From positions 35,069 through 99,068 of the forward strand of contig JAZSIE010000002.1 in NCBI GenBank assembly GCA_045533655.1: DNA of 64,000 nt, given 5' to 3'. Of this stretch, positions 1-9,652 are shown piece by piece (the stretch's first letter is position 1; every line of letters begins with the position of its first letter). This stretch comes from Acutalibacteraceae bacterium. GTDB lineage: Bacteria > Bacillota > Clostridia > Oscillospirales > Acutalibacteraceae. Below the pieces are notes generated by a model. The model did not search any database. It saw only the letters and a program-made list of their open reading frames with translations, and was not told the origin of the DNA. A program made the position numbers and the translations under genes.

Positions 1-10
1 CGATTACTGC

Positions 11-37
11 AAAAAGTGAATTATTATTCACTTTTTT
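11..37 (+). terminator. Rho-independent terminator of a gene upstream of the window
   Basis: Hairpin aaaagtgaat/attcactttt followed by a T-run. Confidence 0.55.
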
Positions 38-144
38 ACGTCGAAAAATGTAAGATTTTGCTTGTATTTTGCAAAAAAAGTGCGTTTTATTCTCGCTTAT
101 TTTTATTCAATGTTACAATATTACAAATTATGGTAAGAAATTTG

Positions 145-173
145 TTGCATTTTGACTAAAAGGGGTATAAAAT
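145..173 (+). promoter_or_regulatory. Candidate sigma-A promoter of gdhA
   Basis: TTGCAT (145-150), 17-nt spacer, TAAAAT (168-173), about 45 nt upstream of the ATG. Confidence 0.4.
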
Positions 174-216
174 AGTCGAGTATTAAAATTTATTCTACTT
201 TAAGGGGTAATATTAA

Positions 217-1560
217 ATGAGTTATGTTCAAAGAGTAATTGATGATGTAGCAAAAAAACACGCTAACGAGCCTGAGTTCGTTCAGACTGTTACAGAAGTT
301 TTAACTTCATTAGAGCCAGTTATCGAACAAAATCCTGAATATGAAAAGTATTCATTACTTGAAAGAATTGTTGAACCAGAAAGACAAATTACTTTCAGAG
401 TTACTTGGACAGATGACAAGGGTAAGGTTCACGTAAATACAGGCTACCGTGTTCAGTTCAACGGTGCTATCGGTCCTTACAAAGGTGGTCTTCGTTTCCA
501 CCCATCAGTTTATTCTGGTATTATGAAATTCCTTGCTTTCGAGCAGACATTCAAAAATAGCTTAACAGGTCTTCCAATCGGTGGTGGTAAAGGTGGTTCT
601 GACTTCGACCCACGTGGCAAGAGTGATATGCATATTCGTCGTTTCTGCCAGAGTTTTATGACAGAACTTTACAGACACATCGGTCCCGACGTTGACGTTC
701 CTGCTGGTGACATTGGTGTTGGTGCTCGTGAAATCGGTTACCTTTACGGTCAATACAGAAGAATTAAGGGTGCTTTCAAAAACGGCGTTCTTACAGGTAA
801 AGGTCTTTCATACGGTGGTTCTTTAGTTAGACCAGAAGCAACAGGCTTTGGTGCTACTTATTATGCAGTTGAAGTTTTCAAACACTTCGGCGAAGATATT
901 AAAGGTAAAACTTTCGCTCTTTCAGGCTTTGGTAACGTTGCTTGGGGTGCAGCAAAGAAAATTGCTGAACTCGGTGGTAAAGTTCTTACAATTTCTGGTC
1001 CTGACGGCTACGTTTACGACCCAGATGGTATTTCAACAGATGAAAAAATCGAGTATATGCTTGAAATGCGTGCTTCAGGTCGTGACAAGGTTCAGGATTA
1101 TGCAGACAAATTCGGTTGTCAGTTCTTCCCAGGTGAAAAACCTTGGGGCGTAAAGGTTGACGTTGCAATGCCTTGCGCTACACAGAACGAAATCAATATG
1201 GATGAAGCAAAGAAATTAGTTGCAAATGGCGTTCAATATTACATTGAAGTTGCTAATATGCCAACTACAAACGATGCTTTAGAATATCTTAAAGAAAACG
1301 TTAAAGTTGTTGCTCCATCAAAAGCAGTTAATGCTGGTGGCGTTGCAGTTTCTGCTCTCGAAATGGGTCAGAACTCAATGAGATACAACTGGACTGCTGA
1401 AGAAGTTGACGCAAGACTTCAACAGATTATGAAAGATATTCACGACCATTCTGCAGCAGCTGCTGAAAAATATGGTCTTGGTTACGACCTTGTTGCAGGT
1501 GCTAACATTGCAGGTTTTGTAAAAGTTGCAGATGCTATGATGGCACAGGGTATTATCTAA
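217..1560 (+). CDS. gdhA: NADP-specific glutamate dehydrogenase
   Basis: 447 aa. GGGKGGSDFDP catalytic Lys motif and GFGNVAWG dinucleotide fold; full-length Glu/Leu/Phe/Val dehydrogenase architecture. AAGGGG RBS. Confidence 0.95.
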   Translation: MSYVQRVIDDVAKKHANEPEFVQTVTEVLTSLEPVIEQNPEYEKYSLLERIVEPERQITFRVTWTDDKGKVHVNTGYRVQFNGAIGPYKGGLRFHPSVYSGIMKFLAFEQTFKNSLTGLPIGGGKGGSDFDPRGKSDMHIRRFCQSFMTELYRHIGPDVDVPAGDIGVGAREIGYLYGQYRRIKGAFKNGVLTGKGLSYGGSLVRPEATGFGATYYAVEVFKHFGEDIKGKTFALSGFGNVAWGAAKKIAELGGKVLTISGPDGYVYDPDGISTDEKIEYMLEMRASGRDKVQDYADKFGCQFFPGEKPWGVKVDVAMPCATQNEINMDEAKKLVANGVQYYIEVANMPTTNDALEYLKENVKVVAPSKAVNAGGVAVSALEMGQNSMRYNWTAEEVDARLQQIMKDIHDHSAAAAEKYGLGYDLVAGANIAGFVKVADAMMAQGII

Positions 1561-1590
1561 GTGCAGAACCGATAAAATAGCAAGAGATAA

Positions 1591-1642
1591 GTTCTATCAT
1601 TTAAAGTTTCCGTAAACTTAAAATGATGGAACTTTTTATTTT
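1591..1642 (+). terminator. Rho-independent terminator after gdhA (hairpin family copy 1)
   Basis: gttctatcatttaaagttt / aaacttaaaatgatggaac stem followed by tttttatttt. Confidence 0.8.
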
Positions 1643-1723
1643 GTTCTGCGTTTTGTGTTTTCTCTTGCAAATATACTCTTAAAATGGTAATATAAAACCA
1701 ATACAAATATTGGAGTGATATGA

Positions 1724-3223
<1,500 letters not shown>

Positions 3224-3225
3224 TA

Positions 3226-4062
3226 ATGAATTTCGATTACAGAGAAGCGGCAAAAAAGAATATTTTAATTGTTGCGCACAGGGGCGTAAGTGCAGGTAAT
3301 ATACCTTGTAACACTTTACCCGCTTATGAAATAGCGTTGAAACAAGGTGCAGACGTTATTGAAATGGACGTTGATATGAGTGCAGACGGTGAATTAGTAG
3401 TATTTCACCCGGGCAGAGAATTTGAGCATCTTTCAATTGCAGAAAGTTTTGAAAATGCAACCTGGGACGATATAAGCCGTTATCGCTACGTTAATGCGGG
3501 TGAAAGGTGTCCGACACAATTCGGTGTATTGAAGTTTGATGATTTTCTTGAGAATTTCAAAGACCGTTGTTTTATAAACGTAGATAAATTCTGGGAGCAT
3601 CCTCAAGAGATTTATAATGCAATTCATAAGCATAATATGGATAGTCAGGTTATTGTGAAATCTGCACCATCAGACGAAGTTTTCAGAGTTTTAGAAGAAG
3701 TTGCACCACGTTTACAATTTATGCCTATTGTGAGTGAAGAACATAAATATCACGAGATTTTAAAATCAAAAAATCTTAATTACATTGGTGCAGAAGTGCT
3801 TTTTACGTCTGACGAAAGTGAAGTTGCAACCGATAAATTTATTGAAATGATGCACAAAGACGATAAATTAGTCTGGGTTAATGCAATAATTTACAATTAT
3901 CGTGAGCAATTAGCGGCTGGTCACTCTGATGATACCGCACTTACAGAGTCAATGGATAAAGGCTGGGGTTGGCTTTCTGATAAAGGTTTCGATTTTATTC
4001 AGACAGATTGGCCAATGATGCTTATTGATTACCTTAAAAAGAACGGTAAATATTACAGATAA
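3226..4062 (+). CDS. glycerophosphodiester phosphodiesterase (GDPD) family protein
   Basis: 278 aa. IVAHRG...N..PAYE...GAD.IEMDV motif typical of the GDPD N-terminus. Starts 3 nt after abfA. Confidence 0.75.
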   Translation: MNFDYREAAKKNILIVAHRGVSAGNIPCNTLPAYEIALKQGADVIEMDVDMSADGELVVFHPGREFEHLSIAESFENATWDDISRYRYVNAGERCPTQFGVLKFDDFLENFKDRCFINVDKFWEHPQEIYNAIHKHNMDSQVIVKSAPSDEVFRVLEEVAPRLQFMPIVSEEHKYHEILKSKNLNYIGAEVLFTSDESEVATDKFIEMMHKDDKLVWVNAIIYNYREQLAAGHSDDTALTESMDKGWGWLSDKGFDFIQTDWPMMLIDYLKKNGKYYR

Positions 4063-4066
4063 CAAC

Positions 4067-4127
4067 AAAAAGAGTGAATAATTATCCGTTTGTAGCAATT
4101 TTCGACACGGAATATTCGCTCTTTTTG
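4067..4127 (+). terminator. Terminator-like compound hairpin after the GDPD gene
   Basis: gagtgaata (4072-4080) pairs with tattcgctc (4113-4121), then TTTTT. An inner ccgt/acgg stem is also present. Confidence 0.55.
4101..4107 (-). promoter_or_regulatory. Spo0A-box (0A box) in reverse orientation
   Basis: TTCGACA is the reverse complement of the TGTCGAA consensus; 123 nt upstream of the spo0A start. Confidence 0.4.
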
Positions 4128-4154
4128 CATTTTTGTAGTAAATATAATCTATTG

Positions 4155-4161
4155 TGTCGAA
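4155..4161 (+). promoter_or_regulatory. Spo0A-box (0A box) abutting the -35 of the spo0A promoter
   Basis: Exact TGTCGAA, 4 nt upstream of TTGACA. Confidence 0.5.
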
Positions 4162-4165
4162 AATA

Positions 4166-4193
4166 TTGACATGTATTAAATTGATAGTATAAT
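4166..4193 (+). promoter_or_regulatory. Candidate sigma-A promoter of spo0A
   Basis: TTGACA (4166-4171), 16-nt spacer, TATAAT (4188-4193). Confidence 0.55.
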
Positions 4194-4229
4194 TATATGG
4201 TATTAAAATTGATGGTTGGGGGCTTATAA

Positions 4230-4994
4230 ATGAGTGAACTATCTGTATTGTTCGCAGATGATTATGAAATTGTCAGTCAAAATCTTGCAGGATTTTCAAA
4301 ACTTGGGTTTACTTACAGAACGTGTGAGAAAGATGGTAACGTAGTATTAGAAGAATTGATGAAAAATCCTGTAGATGTTATTGTGATTGACTTCTTTATG
4401 AAAGGTATGGATGCTTTAGGTGTTTTAGAAAGATTTCAGAATCTCAATCCACTTATAACTCCCGCAGTAATCGTTCTTTCTGGTATAGATAACTCTGCAA
4501 TAAAAAATGAAGTAATTAAAAAAGGTGCAACTTATTATCTTAATAAACCTGTAAAACAATCTGTAATAATTTCTAAAATTATGGAAATAAAGAAAGCACG
4601 TGAAACAAATAGACTTCCGTCAAATTCTTGTGCATACTATATTGATAGTGAAGCTATAATTACTAATGTCATTCAGGAACTTTGTATTCCAGCACATCTT
4701 AAAGGATATAAATATTTAAGAGTGGCAATAAAGTCAAGTGTTGAAAACACAAAACTTGTAAATTCTATGACAACAGTTCTTTATCCGTTAGTAGCAGAAA
4801 ATTATGAAGTTTCAAGCGAGAGTGTCGAAAGGTCAATAAGAACTGCAATTCAACTTGCTTGGGATAGGGGTAACCCTGAAGCATTTTCAAAATATTTCGG
4901 GTATAATTCTCAGGTCAGAAAGAAAAGACCTACTAATGCAGAATTTATTGCAAGAATTTCAGATGAAATCAGAATTAAATATAATGTTTCTTGA
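4230..4994 (+). CDS. spo0A: sporulation transcription factor Spo0A (REC plus Spo0A_C DNA-binding domain)
   Basis: 254 aa. Receiver with DD pocket, DVIVIDFFMKGMDALGVLERF (phospho-Asp context) and LNKP Lys. The C-terminus IPAHLKGYKYLRVAI...VERSIRTAIQLAWDRGN...KRPTNAEFIARISDEI aligns with my recollection of the B. subtilis Spo0A effector domain. Confidence 0.85.
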   Translation: MSELSVLFADDYEIVSQNLAGFSKLGFTYRTCEKDGNVVLEELMKNPVDVIVIDFFMKGMDALGVLERFQNLNPLITPAVIVLSGIDNSAIKNEVIKKGATYYLNKPVKQSVIISKIMEIKKARETNRLPSNSCAYYIDSEAIITNVIQELCIPAHLKGYKYLRVAIKSSVENTKLVNSMTTVLYPLVAENYEVSSESVERSIRTAIQLAWDRGNPEAFSKYFGYNSQVRKKRPTNAEFIARISDEIRIKYNVS

Positions 4995-4999
4995 TATAT

Positions 5000-5049
5000 G
5001 TGCACAACAAACAATTTTAAAAATTGTTTGTTGTGCACGATGTTTTTTT
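5000..5049 (+). terminator. Rho-independent terminator after spo0A
   Basis: 19-bp perfect stem gtgcacaacaaacaatttt / aaaattgtttgttgtgcac, then a T-run. Confidence 0.85.
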
Positions 5050-5066
5050 ATAATTCTTATTTTACA

Positions 5067-5095
5067 TTGAAAAGTTTTGAGAATTGTGATACTAT
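5067..5095 (+). promoter_or_regulatory. Candidate promoter of the hybrid kinase gene
   Basis: TTGAAA, 17-nt spacer, TACTAT. Confidence 0.35.
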
Positions 5096-5140
5096 CAAAT
5101 TAATAGTATGGAAAAATATGTCTGAACGGAGCTGATTTTA

Positions 5141-8100
5141 ATGTTAACAAGATTAGATATTTCAGCATACAAGAGAATATATGACAAAAATTCTATGGCG
5201 GTTGCAGTTGTTACCTTGCTTAAAAATAAAAATGGCGAGGTAAATGATTTTGTTTATGAATATACAAATCAGGCAATGGCTGATATTGATGGTATTAAAG
5301 CATCAGATATTATAGGTAAAAAGTATTCTGCGCTTTATAAAAAATATCCATCTAAAACAACTCTTAAAAATCTCAGTGAGGTTGGCTTTAATGGTGGTGC
5401 AGGTACTTCTCAGGAATATTGGAATGAAGTGAGCCTTAGTGTATCTATGCACTATTCTCAGGTGAGTAATGGCGTAGTTTTAATAAATTTAGTAGGTATT
5501 TCAAGTGTTGACCAGCTTCGTTCTCATAACGAGCAATTGGTTAATAAAATTCCTGGTGGCGTTGTAATTATAGAGGTTACAGATACTATTCATTTCTTCC
5601 ACTGTAATGAATGGTACTATAACAATTTAGGTTACACCAGAGAAGAATTTGAAAAGATTAATAAGGATGATGAAAATTCGGGCATTCATCCGGAAGATGT
5701 TAACGTTTTAAAAGACAGTGTAGAAGAATGTCTTCTTGGTAAAAATGGTGATACTTTAACTTTCAGAGCCAAAACAAAAAATGGTAATTATAAATACGTG
5801 AATCTTACTACTACAGTAATGGGCAGAAATGATGGTAAGCTTACGCTTTATGGTCTTTATAGTGACGTTGATAAGCATATAAGACTTTCAAATAAATTAG
5901 CTTACGTTAATGCTGAAATGGATAATATGATTGCATCTATTCCAGGTGGTATTTCAAAGTATGTTTTAACAGAACAGGGTACGTTAAAACGTCTTTACAG
6001 TTCGCCTGGTATGGCAGAGCTTGTTGGTAAAACTCAGGAAGAATACGAAAGAGATTTCGACAATAACTGGAAAGATAATATTTATTATGCCGACTTCCCT
6101 ATTGTTCAGAAAAGTATAGTGGAGTGTATAAAAACATTAAAATCAACTGAATTTACATACAGACTTATTCATAAAGATGGTAGTCTTGTGTGGGTTACCG
6201 CCCTTGTTCGTGTTATTGGTGAAAAAGATGGAAGACCTATGGCACACGCCGTTTTCCACGCTATGACAAAGAGTGAAATTCTTTACCAGACACTTCTTGA
6301 TAATATTGACACCGTAACAATGGTCAGAGATATAACCAGTAACGAAATTCTTTATGCAAATAAAGCGGCTGGGTTATTTTTAGGTATAAATGAAAAACAA
6401 TTAATAGGTAAAAATTACCATGAGGCAATGAAAGAAAAACTTATTAATTGTGAAGAAATAGAAAAAGAATTAAGTAATGGTAAGGTAGAAGAAATAGTTA
6501 TTGGTGACAGGTGTTATAATGTTACCGTTGAAAAGCTTGTGTGGAATGACAGAGATTCAGTTGCATATTTCTTTACAGATATTACTGATTCGTGGAGTGC
6601 ACGGGCAGAACTTCAGGATGATAAGGACAAATTAGAAGAAATTGTAAGTAATATTCCTCTGGGTATAGTTGTGTTCAGATTGAGCGCAGATGATGAGCTT
6701 ATGGTTGAGCATTGTAATGACAGTATTTGTAATATTATAAAGATTGAAAAAGAAAAAGTAACGTATGGGGCGTTCAGTGATTTACGCCTGCCGTTTGACT
6801 TCACTCGTGAAGATTTAATCAGAATATTCAATGCTTTTGAAAAATCAAAGGAAGAAAATCAAGAGGTTGCTCTTGATTTTAGAATAGTTGATAAAAATGA
6901 CGGTAAGAAAACATGGGTTACAGTTAATTTCAAGAGTATTAAGCAGGATGACGGCAGTATTCTTATGTATGCAGGTTTTGTTGATATTACAAAACAGAAG
7001 GAAATGGAAGAAAAACTGGTTCTTAATACAAAGGAATTAAAAGAATCACTTGTTAAATTGCAGGAAAATCAGGATAGACTTAACGCTGTTTCAAAACGAG
7101 CAGACCTTTTCTATTGGGAAATTGAACTTGAGACCGGTGAGGTAACCGCTTCATTTGCCGGTGAAAATTCACCAAGTCTCAATTTTAAAAACGAAGGCTT
7201 TGGTACAGACTTTATTATTCCTTATGACCTCGAGTATTTTAAGGTTATGACGAGTATTGCGGCTTCTGGTAAAGAGTCTCACGTTACATTTGATATCCGT
7301 GTAGGTCAAAGCGAGGAAAAGAGTGAGTGGTACAGAATCACTTACGATATCATTCGTGATGATGAAAATAAACCTGTAAGTCTTTTAGGTCTTGCACAGA
7401 ATATAAACGAACTTAAATTAGAACAAAGACGTCTTGATGAAGAAATAGAAAACGTTGAAACGGCAACACAAAGGCAAGATGTTCTTTCTACAATGAGAAT
7501 TAATCTTACAGATGACTGTGTTGAAAGCTATAGCAGTAAGCCTGAAACGAGGCTTTCTATAAAGGCAGGGGATAAATACAGTGATGCAATTTATATGATT
7601 GCAGAGCATGCGGTTTCAAAATCACAGAAAAATGAAATAATAAAGCAGCATAGCGTGGCAAAGCTTCTTCAGAGCTTTGAGGATGGCGAAAAATCACTTT
7701 CATTTGATTATCAGATTGAAACTTACGACAGTGCTAACTGCTGGATTAACAGTTCAATTCGTATTTACAGACATCCTGTAACACGAAAAGTAATGTGCTT
7801 TATGTACTGCTACGATATTAATGATATTCATATTACAAGGGATATTATTGACAAGGTTATTGAAGATGGCTATGAGCATATAAGCGTTATTAACGTTAAG
7901 AGCAGAAAGGTTGAGCTTGCGTTAGGTAATGCCAACGAAAACTATTATTTCAAAACAGGCGATGCTTTTGACCGCTCTTTAATGGAAAGTTTTGCTCGCT
8001 TAACGTCGCTTCAGGATGCGGAAACTAATTTTGATAACTGTTGTCTTTCAAATGTATTGTTTGAATTAAGTGACAGAGAAGAATTTGCCTATCCGTTCAA

Positions 8101-9403
8101 CGTTAATGAAACAACAAGAAAAGAACGTAAGCTTTTCACATATCTCTGGTTTGATAAAACAAAAACAAAGATTCTTTTGCTTGTAACTGATATTACAGAT
8201 GTTTACCAGCAAGAAATAAAGCGTTCAGAAGAACTTGCAAAAGCGCTTGATGCGGCTGTTCTTGCAAATAAATCAAAAACGGATTTCTTGTCACGAATGA
8301 GCCACGAAATCCGTACACCTATGAATGCTATTTTAGGTATGTCAAGACTTGGTGAAGAGGCAACACAGGATGATTCAGTTGTTGAATATTTTAAAGATAT
8401 TAATGCTTCTGGTAATTATCTTTTAGGTCTTATTAACGATATTTTAGATATGAGCCGTATAGAGCAGGGCAAGATGGATATAGTCAATAAGTACGAAGAA
8501 GCAGAAGAAATGATTCGTTCGGTTGAAGTTGTTATAAGGCCTTTGGCAGAAGCGAAAAATATAACATTTAACATTAACCGATTTGGGCAGATGCCACAAT
8601 GGCTTCATCTTGATAAACTTCGTGCACAGCAGGTTTATATCAATATTCTTAATAACGCTGTTAAATTCACAGAACCTGGTGGCAAAATTGACTGGGATAT
8701 AAATAGCGAAATGATAAGCGATAATAAAGTGAAGTTCACTATAAATATCAGCGATACTGGTTGCGGTATGAGTGAAAGCTTTTTAGAGCGAATTTTTGAG
8801 CCGTTTGCCCAGGAGCAAAATAGTCTTGTAAATGCACGTCAGGGAACAGGTCTGGGTCTTGCAATAGCAAAAAGTATAGTTGAAAAAATGGGCGGTACTA
8901 TTACTGTTGCAAGTAAAATTGGTATTGGTACAACATTTACTATTGAATTGGTCAGAGATTGTAAACAAGTTAACTCTCAGGCGAGTATTTCTCAGGAAAC
9001 TGATGATATGAAAACTATTCTTGATGGTAAGAAAGTATTACTTTGTGAAGACCATCCGCTTAATACCCTTGTTGCAACAAAACTTCTTGAAAAGGTTGGT
9101 ATTAAGGTTGTAACTGCTGAAAACGGTAGTATTGGTGTTGATGTGTTTGCTGCTTCGGAAGAAAATGAATTTAATGCCGTTCTTATGGATATAAGAATGC
9201 CTGTAATGGATGGTCTTGAAGCAACCACAAAAATCAGAGCGCTTAATAGACAAGATGCAAAATCAGTGCCTATTATTGCAATGACTGCCAATGCTTTTGC
9301 AGAAGACAAAAGTCTTTCTAAATCAGCGGGTATGAACGAGCACCTTTCAAAACCTATTGAACCACAGATTTTATATAAAACGTTGGCAGATTATATAAAA
9401 TGA
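5141..9403 (+). CDS. cytoplasmic multi-PAS hybrid sensor histidine kinase (PAS repeats-HisKA-HATPase-REC)
   Basis: 1420 aa with no N-terminal TM segment. H-box SHEIRTPMNAILG, N-box NILNNAVKFT, G1 DTGCGM, G2 GTGLGLAIAK. C-terminal receiver VLLCEDHP...VLMDIRMPVMDG...SKP. Confidence 0.9.
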   Translation: MLTRLDISAYKRIYDKNSMAVAVVTLLKNKNGEVNDFVYEYTNQAMADIDGIKASDIIGKKYSALYKKYPSKTTLKNLSEVGFNGGAGTSQEYWNEVSLSVSMHYSQVSNGVVLINLVGISSVDQLRSHNEQLVNKIPGGVVIIEVTDTIHFFHCNEWYYNNLGYTREEFEKINKDDENSGIHPEDVNVLKDSVEECLLGKNGDTLTFRAKTKNGNYKYVNLTTTVMGRNDGKLTLYGLYSDVDKHIRLSNKLAYVNAEMDNMIASIPGGISKYVLTEQGTLKRLYSSPGMAELVGKTQEEYERDFDNNWKDNIYYADFPIVQKSIVECIKTLKSTEFTYRLIHKDGSLVWVTALVRVIGEKDGRPMAHAVFHAMTKSEILYQTLLDNIDTVTMVRDITSNEILYANKAAGLFLGINEKQLIGKNYHEAMKEKLINCEEIEKELSNGKVEEIVIGDRCYNVTVEKLVWNDRDSVAYFFTDITDSWSARAELQDDKDKLEEIVSNIPLGIVVFRLSADDELMVEHCNDSICNIIKIEKEKVTYGAFSDLRLPFDFTREDLIRIFNAFEKSKEENQEVALDFRIVDKNDGKKTWVTVNFKSIKQDDGSILMYAGFVDITKQKEMEEKLVLNTKELKESLVKLQENQDRLNAVSKRADLFYWEIELETGEVTASFAGENSPSLNFKNEGFGTDFIIPYDLEYFKVMTSIAASGKESHVTFDIRVGQSEEKSEWYRITYDIIRDDENKPVSLLGLAQNINELKLEQRRLDEEIENVETATQRQDVLSTMRINLTDDCVESYSSKPETRLSIKAGDKYSDAIYMIAEHAVSKSQKNEIIKQHSVAKLLQSFEDGEKSLSFDYQIETYDSANCWINSSIRIYRHPVTRKVMCFMYCYDINDIHITRDIIDKVIEDGYEHISVINVKSRKVELALGNANENYYFKTGDAFDRSLMESFARLTSLQDAETNFDNCCLSNVLFELSDREEFAYPFNVNETTRKERKLFTYLWFDKTKTKILLLVTDITDVYQQEIKRSEELAKALDAAVLANKSKTDFLSRMSHEIRTPMNAILGMSRLGEEATQDDSVVEYFKDINASGNYLLGLINDILDMSRIEQGKMDIVNKYEEAEEMIRSVEVVIRPLAEAKNITFNINRFGQMPQWLHLDKLRAQQVYINILNNAVKFTEPGGKIDWDINSEMISDNKVKFTINISDTGCGMSESFLERIFEPFAQEQNSLVNARQGTGLGLAIAKSIVEKMGGTITVASKIGIGTTFTIELVRDCKQVNSQASISQETDDMKTILDGKKVLLCEDHPLNTLVATKLLEKVGIKVVTAENGSIGVDVFAASEENEFNAVLMDIRMPVMDGLEATTKIRALNRQDAKSVPIIAMTANAFAEDKSLSKSAGMNEHLSKPIEPQILYKTLADYIK

Positions 9404-9407
9404 TAAA

Positions 9408-9450
9408 AAAGAGAGTTTTACTAAATGGTAAAGCTCTCTTTATTCTTTAT
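9408..9450 (+). terminator. Rho-independent terminator after the hybrid kinase
   Basis: agagagttttac / gtaaagctctct stem followed by a T-rich tail. Confidence 0.7.
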
Positions 9451-9559
9451 TGAAATTACAAAAAAGAATAATAATTATTAAAAAAATGTGAAAAACGAGG
9501 ACTTTTTTGTTAAAACACACTATTTTTACTGACATTGGTGAAAATTTTTGTGCTTTTTC

Positions 9560-9587
9560 TTGCATTTTTCTTTTAAAGTGTTATAAT
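9560..9587 (+). promoter_or_regulatory. Candidate extended -10 promoter of the REC-EAL gene
   Basis: TTGCAT, 16-nt spacer, TGtTATAAT. Confidence 0.5.
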
Positions 9588-9652
9588 GATATTTATAGGA
9601 GAATGTGTTATTGTATCTTAATGCATCTCAAAAAAAATTAGGGGGCTTTTTT

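Noticed and set aside
4823-4829. Additional TGTCGAA heptamers inside coding sequence (4823 in spo0A; 9654 at the REC-EAL start codon; TTCGACA at about 48682)
   Set aside because: Single intragenic occurrences of a 7-mer in 64 kb are compatible with chance, and they have no promoter context.
8992-9309. Antisense ORFs inside the hybrid kinase; similar cases at 26592..27038 in metG, 55936..56385 in the MFS gene and 31813..32213 in cca
   Set aside because: They lie opposite strongly supported conserved genes and have no RBS or recognisable motifs. Such frames are typical open antisense frames in low-GC DNA.
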